This document shows, piece by piece, positions 58,046-64,000 of a stretch of DNA of 64,000 bases. Under the pieces are notes generated by a model. It saw only the letters and a list, made by a program, of their open reading frames with translations. It ran no database searches and was not told the origin of the DNA. Made by a program: the position numbers and the translations under genes. Source of the DNA: an uncultured Rheinheimera sp. (GTDB taxonomy: Bacteria; Pseudomonadota; Gammaproteobacteria; Enterobacterales; Alteromonadaceae); assembly GCA_964437935.1 (NCBI GenBank), contig CAYTIQ010000003.1, positions 35,920 to 99,919 on the forward strand, written 5' to 3'. Every line of letters starts with the position of its first letter. Within the stretch, counting starts at the first letter, position 1.

Positions 58046-59383
58046 ATGTCAGCGTTTTCAGATTTATCACTCGATCCACGTCTATTGCGTTCAGTCGGGC
58101 ATTTGGGATTTGTGCGTCCTACAGAAATTCAAGCCGAAGCGATCCCCGCTGTTATGCAAGGCAAGGATTTGATGGTGTCGTCACAGACGGGCTCCGGTAA
58201 AACCTTGGCTTATTTGCTGCCAATGATGCAGCGCATGCTTCGTTCCAAACCATTGTCTGCGCAGGATCCGCGTGCGGTGGTCCTTGCGCCAACCCGCGAA
58301 CTGGCGCAACAGATTTATGCCCAACTGCGGTTATTCGTCGCCAATACGCGATTAACGACGGCATTTATTGTTGGTGGTGAGAACTTTAATGACCAAGAGC
58401 GTATTCTAAAGCGTCAGCCGCATATTATCGTAGCGACTCCGGGGCGGTTAGCCGACCACCTTGAGCACAAAACGTTTTTCTTGCAAGGCTTGGAGATGTT
58501 GATCCTCGATGAGGCCGATCGGATGTTAGATTTGGGGTTTATGCCTCAATTGAACGCGATCCACAAAGCCGCAACCCATCGTCTTCGACAGACGTTAATG
58601 TTCTCCGCGACTTTAGATCATGTCGACGTGCAGCAACTGGCGTTGTCTTTGTTAAAAGACCCATATCGAGTGTCGTTAGGTGCAGCCATTGATCCGCATC
58701 AAGATATTCAACAACGCTGCATCTATGCCGATCATCTAACACATAAAGAAGCGTTGCTAAAACAACTATTACAGCAAGACACGATGAAACAGCTAATTGT
58801 GTTTACTGCGACGCGTGATGATACTGAACGTTTAGCCAAATTGGTGGAGGGGCAGGGCTTTGCCGCCATCGGTTTGAATGGAAAATTAACCCAAGCACAA
58901 CGCTCAAGTGTGATGCAGGCATTTGCTCATAACAAATATCAAGTGTTAGTTACAACGGATGTGGCGTCGCGCGGTTTGGATTTATTGCAAGTCAGCCATG
59001 TGATCAACTTTGACCTGCCTAAACACCCCGAAGAGTATGTGCATCGCATTGGTCGCACAGGCCGTGCGGGGCAACAAGGCGTAGCATATTCTTTTGTCAG
59101 TCCAAAAGATTGGAACTCTTTACAAGCGATTGAAGGCTTTTTAAGAAGACCTTTAGAGTTTACTCAAATTGACGGACTCATAGCCAAGTTTAATGGGCAA
59201 ATGGCGGTTGAGAAAAAGCCAAAGCCAGTTAAAAAAGCAACATCGGTGAAATCGCCGAAAGTGAAAACCAGCACACAAGCCGTCTTAGATGGTGATGCGC
59301 CAATGCCGAAAAAGAAAAAAATCTTTTTTGAAGGTGGGGATGATGGTGCTTTGGTGGTGAAAAAAAAGCAAAAAATTAACTAA
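58046..59383 (+). CDS. DEAD-box RNA helicase (SrmB-like)
   Basis: Q motif, QTGSGKT, PTRELA, TPGR, DEAD, SAT and HRIGRTGR; basic C-terminal tail. Confidence 0.93.
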   Translation: MSAFSDLSLDPRLLRSVGHLGFVRPTEIQAEAIPAVMQGKDLMVSSQTGSGKTLAYLLPMMQRMLRSKPLSAQDPRAVVLAPTRELAQQIYAQLRLFVANTRLTTAFIVGGENFNDQERILKRQPHIIVATPGRLADHLEHKTFFLQGLEMLILDEADRMLDLGFMPQLNAIHKAATHRLRQTLMFSATLDHVDVQQLALSLLKDPYRVSLGAAIDPHQDIQQRCIYADHLTHKEALLKQLLQQDTMKQLIVFTATRDDTERLAKLVEGQGFAAIGLNGKLTQAQRSSVMQAFAHNKYQVLVTTDVASRGLDLLQVSHVINFDLPKHPEEYVHRIGRTGRAGQQGVAYSFVSPKDWNSLQAIEGFLRRPLEFTQIDGLIAKFNGQMAVEKKPKPVKKATSVKSPKVKTSTQAVLDGDAPMPKKKKIFFEGGDDGALVVKKKQKIN

Positions 59384-59666
59384 GGTGATTGTTTTTTCTA
59401 CGGAAAATGATGCTACACTGCAAGTGTTGTGCACAAAACAACCAGCAGAACTCAGGTAACTGATTGATTTGTTTGGCTTTTGCGACCAACAGGTACGGTC
59501 AGTGTGCAGAAAGTGGTTTTTATTTTCTGTTGAAACAGCGTTTTCTATTGACCCCATGGTGTGCTCGAACACATAATGGGTTGAGAATAGTACTAGCTCG
59601 AAACGTGGCCGGTAATATTTTAAGTCGCCATATATATGGCAAAGTTAGTTAATGTAAGAGAAAGTT

Positions 59667-59879
59667 ATGTCACAATTGATTTCCGGCACCGTTAAGTGGT
59701 TCAACGAAGATAAAGGCTATGGTTTCATCGCTCGTGATGGCGGCAAAGATGTATTCGTACATTTCCGCGCTATCAACGGTACCGGTCGCCGTACTCTGGT
59801 TGAAGGCCAAAAAGTTACTTTCGTTGTTACTGAAGGCCAAAAAGGCCCTCAAGCTGAGAACGTAACTGTCGTTGCCTAA
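59667..59879 (+). CDS. Cold-shock protein (CspA family)
   Basis: [15 protein letters not shown] (RNP1) and VFVHF (RNP2). Confidence 0.96.
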   Translation: MSQLISGTVKWFNEDKGYGFIARDGGKDVFVHFRAINGTGRRTLVEGQKVTFVVTEGQKGPQAENVTVVA

Positions 59880-59896
59880 GCCTTGGTGCTGAATTG

Positions 59897-59926
59897 AAAA
59901 AAGCCGGTTTTGATACCGGCTTTTTT
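59897..59926 (+). terminator. csp terminator
   Basis: AAAAAAGCCGGT-TTTGAT-ACCGGCTTTTTT. Confidence 0.85.
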
Positions 59927-60103
59927 GTGTCCGAAATTTAAACTTAATGCCGATGGCGGCGTGCAGCTGATTGTGAGCCACAGGCATGTGGTTCATGTAT
60001 GGCAGTGTTTTATTTTTGGTGGCTTGAAACAAACCACAAGCGCTGTGACGAACCGATTTATGGCGTGCAGGGCGAAAGCCACATTCGACGCTTGTCAGCT
60101 TCA

Positions 60104-61162
60104 TTAGGATTGCCAATCAAAGCCCAATTGAGCTTGTTGCTCAACACTTTTCAGTGCCACTTGAATGCCAAGCAAACGCACCGTTTTGCCATGCCCTCGA
60201 TCCCACGCTTGCTCGAGTAACTCATTGAGAGTACTAAAACACAACTCTCGATGTTGACGTTCGATAGTGGTTTGTTGGAAATCATTAAATTTCAACTTAA
60301 TGCCAATTTTTTGGATTTGATCAATGGCCCCTGAACGTTCAACACGTTTTAACAGTTTTTGATACAGCGTGGACAACGGTTCGGATGAGTCCGCGAGGCT
60401 TTGTAAGTCCTGGCTGAAGGTATGTTCGACAGCGATCGATTTGCGCTCTCGTTCGGTTTGCACCGGACGCTCATCAATCCCCTGACTTCGTTGCAACAGT
60501 GTTTCTGCAAAGCTGCCAAATTCTTTCACGAGTAAAGCAAGGTCTGTACTCCGCACATCATTGCAGGTGTGTAAACCGAGTTTAGTTAATCGTTCTGCGG
60601 TTTTTGCCCCGACGCCAGGGATCTTGCGCAAGGGTAACACTTTAACAAATGCATCAACCTCGGCAGGGGGGACAACAAAAAGTCCATTCGGTTTGTGCCA
60701 GTCACTGGCAATTTTGGCAATAAATTTATTAGGCGCAACGCCTGCGGAGGCGGTAAGACCGGTCTCTGTAAAGATGACATGGCGAATATGTTCTGCAATC
60801 AGTGTGGCGCTGCCTTGGCAATGTGGGCTGTCAGTCACATCAAGGTAAGCTTCATCCAGCGACAGTGGCTCAACTTTATCGGTAAACCGATAAAAAATAG
60901 CCTGAATTTGCTGGCTCACCGCTTTGTATTTCTCCATATCACCACGCAGCAGTGTCAGATGAGGGCAACGTTTTAACGCTTGCCCTGTCGGCATCGCTGA
61001 ACGCACGCCAAAGGCACGGGCAGGATAATTGCAGGTACTGATCACACCGCGTTCCACCCGACTGCCACCAATGGCGATGGGGATGTCGCGCAAGCTTGGA
61101 TTGTCGCGCATCTCAACGGCGGCAAAAAAGCAGTCCATATCAATGTGAATAATCTTGCGCAT
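60104..61162 (-). CDS. dinB: DNA polymerase IV
   Basis: ATG 61162: MRKIIHIDMDCFFAAVE, STCNYPAR and SLDEAYLD. Confidence 0.97.
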   Translation of the reverse strand: MRKIIHIDMDCFFAAVEMRDNPSLRDIPIAIGGSRVERGVISTCNYPARAFGVRSAMPTGQALKRCPHLTLLRGDMEKYKAVSQQIQAIFYRFTDKVEPLSLDEAYLDVTDSPHCQGSATLIAEHIRHVIFTETGLTASAGVAPNKFIAKIASDWHKPNGLFVVPPAEVDAFVKVLPLRKIPGVGAKTAERLTKLGLHTCNDVRSTDLALLVKEFGSFAETLLQRSQGIDERPVQTERERKSIAVEHTFSQDLQSLADSSEPLSTLYQKLLKRVERSGAIDQIQKIGIKLKFNDFQQTTIERQHRELCFSTLNELLEQAWDRGHGKTVRLLGIQVALKSVEQQAQLGFDWQS

Positions 61163-61180
61163 AACGGGTGAGATTGGTAG

Positions 61181-61196
61181 CTGTATGAATATACAG
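61181..61196. promoter_or_regulatory. LexA (SOS) box upstream of dinB
   Basis: CTGTATGAATATACAG = CTGT-N8-ACAG, 18 bp upstream of the start codon. Confidence 0.9.
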
Positions 61197-61405
61197 TTAT
61201 CATAATGCAACAATCCGTTTTGTAAAGAGAACAATGCAGTGAAGCAGCGCATCGCAGCGGATTATCTACCGATTTGCAGCATAACTTTCCACTAAGTAGC
61301 GGTATGGATGGCTAATTGGGTGTGCAACTTCGGGCGATTCGATGTATGATGCGGCGCAGTTTTTTTACCCACTTTAGTCGCGACTGTGCCACAACAGGAG
61401 AACCC

Positions 61406-62659
61406 ATGTTAACGCGTGATATGTCGATCGCCGGTTTTGACCCGGAATTATGGCAAGCCATTCAAGACGAAACCAAACGTCAAGAAGACCACATCGAACT
61501 GATTGCTTCTGAAAACTACTGCAGCCCACGCGTGCTTGAAGCGCAAGGCTCGCAGTTGACCAACAAATACGCGGAAGGTTACCCACATAAGCGTTACTAC
61601 GGTGGTTGTGAATTCGTGGATATCGCTGAAGATTTAGCGATTGCCCGTGCCAAAGAATTGTTCGGTGCTGATTTCGCTAACGTGCAGCCGCATTCAGGCT
61701 CTCAAGCCAACCAAGCGGTGTACTTAGCACTGTTAAACGCAGGCGATACCATTTTAGGCATGAGCTTGGCACATGGCGGTCACTTAACGCACGGTGCACA
61801 CGTCAGTTCTTCAGGCAAGCTGTACAAAGCGGTGCAATACGGCCTGCACCCAGAAACTGGCGTGATTGACTACGCGCAAGTCGAAGCGTTAGCGCTGGAA
61901 CACAAACCAAAACTGATCGTTGCGGGTTTCTCTGCGTACTCAGGCATCATCGATTGGCAACGTTTCCGTGACATCGCGGACAAAGTCGGTGCTTATCTGA
62001 TGGTCGATATGGCACACGTCGCAGGTTTAGTTGCTGCAGGTTTGTATCCAAACCCAGTGCCAGTGGCGGACGTTGTGACTACCACCACGCACAAAACACT
62101 GGCAGGCCCTCGTGGCGGCTTGATTTTAGCGCGCAAAAACGAAGAAATTGAGAAGAAACTGAACTCTGCAGTCTTCCCTGGCGGCCAAGGCGGCCCGTTG
62201 ATGCACGTCATCGCAGCCAAAGCAGTCGCGTTTAAAGAAGCGCTGCAACCAGAATTTAAAGCGTATCAACAAAACGTGTTGAAAAACGCTGTTGCCATGT
62301 GCGACGAGATGAAGAAACGTGGTTACAAAATCGTTTCTGGTGGCACGCAAAACCACCTGTTCTTGATGGATTTGATCGACAAAGACATCACAGGCAAAGA
62401 TGCAGACGCATGGCTGGGCAAAGCCCACATCACTGTCAACAAAAACTCAGTACCAAACGACCCACGTTCGCCATTTGTGACGTCAGGTCTGCGCATTGGT
62501 ACTCCCGCCATCACTCGCCGTGGTTTTGGTGAAGGTGAAGCTCGGGCTGTTGCTAACTTAATTTGCGACGTGTTAGATAGCCGTGGTGACGATGCTGTGA
62601 TTGCAAAAGTACGCGGTCAAGTGTCTGAGTTGTGTGGCCGTTTCCCTGTGTACGCCTAA
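61406..62659 (+). CDS. glyA: Serine hydroxymethyltransferase
   Basis: ATG 61406 after AGGAG; [14 protein letters not shown] and TTTTHKTL (PLP Lys). Confidence 0.98.
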   Translation: MLTRDMSIAGFDPELWQAIQDETKRQEDHIELIASENYCSPRVLEAQGSQLTNKYAEGYPHKRYYGGCEFVDIAEDLAIARAKELFGADFANVQPHSGSQANQAVYLALLNAGDTILGMSLAHGGHLTHGAHVSSSGKLYKAVQYGLHPETGVIDYAQVEALALEHKPKLIVAGFSAYSGIIDWQRFRDIADKVGAYLMVDMAHVAGLVAAGLYPNPVPVADVVTTTTHKTLAGPRGGLILARKNEEIEKKLNSAVFPGGQGGPLMHVIAAKAVAFKEALQPEFKAYQQNVLKNAVAMCDEMKKRGYKIVSGGTQNHLFLMDLIDKDITGKDADAWLGKAHITVNKNSVPNDPRSPFVTSGLRIGTPAITRRGFGEGEARAVANLICDVLDSRGDDAVIAKVRGQVSELCGRFPVYA

Positions 62660-62682
62660 GCCTAAACGAACCGTTTAACGAC

Positions 62683-62712
62683 AAAAATGGCCGCCGATAG
62701 CGGCCATTTTCT
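62683..62712 (+). terminator. glyA terminator
   Basis: AAAATGGCCGC-CGATA-GCGGCCATTTT. Confidence 0.85.
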
Positions 62713-63084
62713 TATGCTGTTCAACTCGTTAAACTAAGCCCCCACAGTGCTTGCATGACGTTTTGGCCTTGTCGTAAAGCGGACATCTCACAATGGCACT
62801 GGTATAAAGGGGATGACACCATAGAGCCAAATTGGCACTGAATGGGATACTTACTCGCTTGCGGCTACGTGATTTGGTTTGCACACCCAGGATTTGCCAC
62901 TGCAGGGACACTCAAACGGTTTGCAGCAATGACATTTAGCATCAGCATCACGTTGGATGATCCACGACCAGGTGCATTTTCAAAGATTGCAAAGCAGTGT
63001 TTTGCATCGTGATTGCTAGACGCTAACCATACTAAACATGCAAAAAAACCTTGTGCTACTGAATAAACCGATAGGAGAACCGTC

Positions 63085-64000
63085 ATGAATGGCAACGATG
63101 AGATGTATATGCAACGAGCCATTGAATTGGCGAAACGCGGAATTGGTTCGACGGCACCAAATCCTGCGGTGGGTTGTGTCCTTGTCAAAGACGGCCAGAT
63201 AATCGGCGAAGGCTATCATCATCAAGCCGGTGGGCCACACGCCGAAGTGTTTGCCCTTCGTCAAGCCGCTGCAAATGCTAAAGATGCCACTGCTTACGTT
63301 ACCCTCGAGCCCTGCAGCCATTTCGGGCGAACACCGCCTTGTGCCTTAGGTTTAATTGAAGCAGGCGTTCGTCGCGTGGTGGTCGCGATGAAAGATCCTA
63401 ATCCACTGGTCAGTGGACGTGGCCTTGAGATGTTGCATGATGCGGGTATCCTCGTCGAGGTAGGTGTTTTAGAATCCGAGGCGCGGCAGTTAAACCCTGA
63501 ATTCTTATTTAAAATGCAGCATCAACGGCCATTGGTCCGCTTAAAAATAGCGTCCAGTTTAGATGGTGCGGTAGCGCTGGCAAATGGTCAAAGCCAGTGG
63601 CTGACAGGAGAGGCGGCTCGCGCCGATGTGCAAGCGTATCGCGCCCGCAGTTGTGCCATCTTATCGACTGCCGAAACGGTTAAAATGGATAAAGCAACGT
63701 TAACCGTTCGTCGTGAGGATCTTACTCGGCTTGACAATGGCGAGTTGCGTCAACCGCTGCGTATTATTCTTGATCGCCGTTGCCGACTGACAGGCTTTGA
63801 ACCTTTGTTTCACACCGGGGGCGATTTAGTGCTTGTGCATTGTGGTGAGCCCGCATCGTGGCCTGCGCTTGAATTGCCCCAGGATCACCCTCGTCAAGTC
63901 AGCCGTTGGCGTATTGGTTTAGATGCCGTGGGGCAATTGGATGTTGCAGAGCTCTTTATGAAACTTCGGGGTGAGAAACTCAATAGTATCTTTGTGGAAG
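63085..64000 (+). CDS. ribD: Bifunctional riboflavin biosynthesis deaminase/reductase (partial, runs off the right edge)
   Basis: Manual translation from ATG 63085 after AGGAG: PNPAVGCVLV, HAE, TLEPCSHFGRTPPC and KIASSLDG. Confidence 0.95.
   Translation, partial: MNGNDEMYMQRAIELAKRGIGSTAPNPAVGCVLVKDGQIIGEGYHHQAGGPHAEVFALRQAAANAKDATAYVTLEPCSHFGRTPPCALGLIEAGVRRVVVAMKDPNPLVSGRGLEMLHDAGILVEVGVLESEARQLNPEFLFKMQHQRPLVRLKIASSLDGAVALANGQSQWLTGEAARADVQAYRARSCAILSTAETVKMDKATLTVRREDLTRLDNGELRQPLRIILDRRCRLTGFEPLFHTGGDLVLVHCGEPASWPALELPQDHPRQVSRWRIGLDAVGQLDVAELFMKLRGEKLNSIFVE

Noticed and set aside
62729-62911. 60-aa minus-strand Cys-containing ORF between glyA and ribD
   Set aside because: Non-ATG start, no RBS and no recognisable Zn-finger or SEC-C spacing.
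62865-63321. Minus-strand ORFs 62865-63188 and 63016-63321
   Set aside because: They are antisense shadows of ribD, which is clearly coded on the plus strand.
1-64000. CRISPR arrays, IS/transposases, integrases, prophage, rRNA and defence systems
   Set aside because: No regularly spaced repeats, DDE or tyrosine-recombinase motifs, phage genes or rRNA-like sequence were seen on reading; the long ORFs are otherwise accounted for.

Overview
Mostly core-chromosome DNA (about 50% GC) of a gammaproteobacterium. Gene content and order suggest an Alteromonadales/Chromatiaceae organism such as Rheinheimera or Alishewanella (inference). I found no rRNA, tRNA, CRISPR array, prophage or IS element. Left arm (1-21.5 kb): secreted M1 aminopeptidase (partial), a ygiQ radical-SAM operon with two unknown genes, ygiD dioxygenase, a beta-propeller amidohydrolase, a Kef-type antiporter, a complete 4-hydroxyproline catabolic cluster with a GntR regulator and a perfect operator, a sigma54-preceded polysaccharide deacetylase, and a pxpA-DUF969-DUF979-pcp operon lacking pxpB/pxpC. 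Middle: tig-clpP-clpX-lon-hupB-ppiD, sapABCDF, pspF/pspABC-ycjX-ycjF, then Met gamma-lyase, phhAB, tyrR and hppD-hmgA-fah-maiA with four TyrR-like boxes. Right arm: a sensor-less histidine kinase divergent from REC-PAS-(degenerate GGDEF)-EAL and REC-HDOD genes, mltD-gloB-yafS without rnhA/dnaQ, GNAT/DUF2058, DEAD-box helicase, csp, LexA-boxed dinB, glyA and partial ribD without the usual nrdR. The best leads are the three-gene signalling module, the orphan pxpA operon, the ygiQ operon and several structured intergenic regions. None is proven novel. All protein calls come from motif recognition by eye, not database searches, and several starts were moved from the ORF track.
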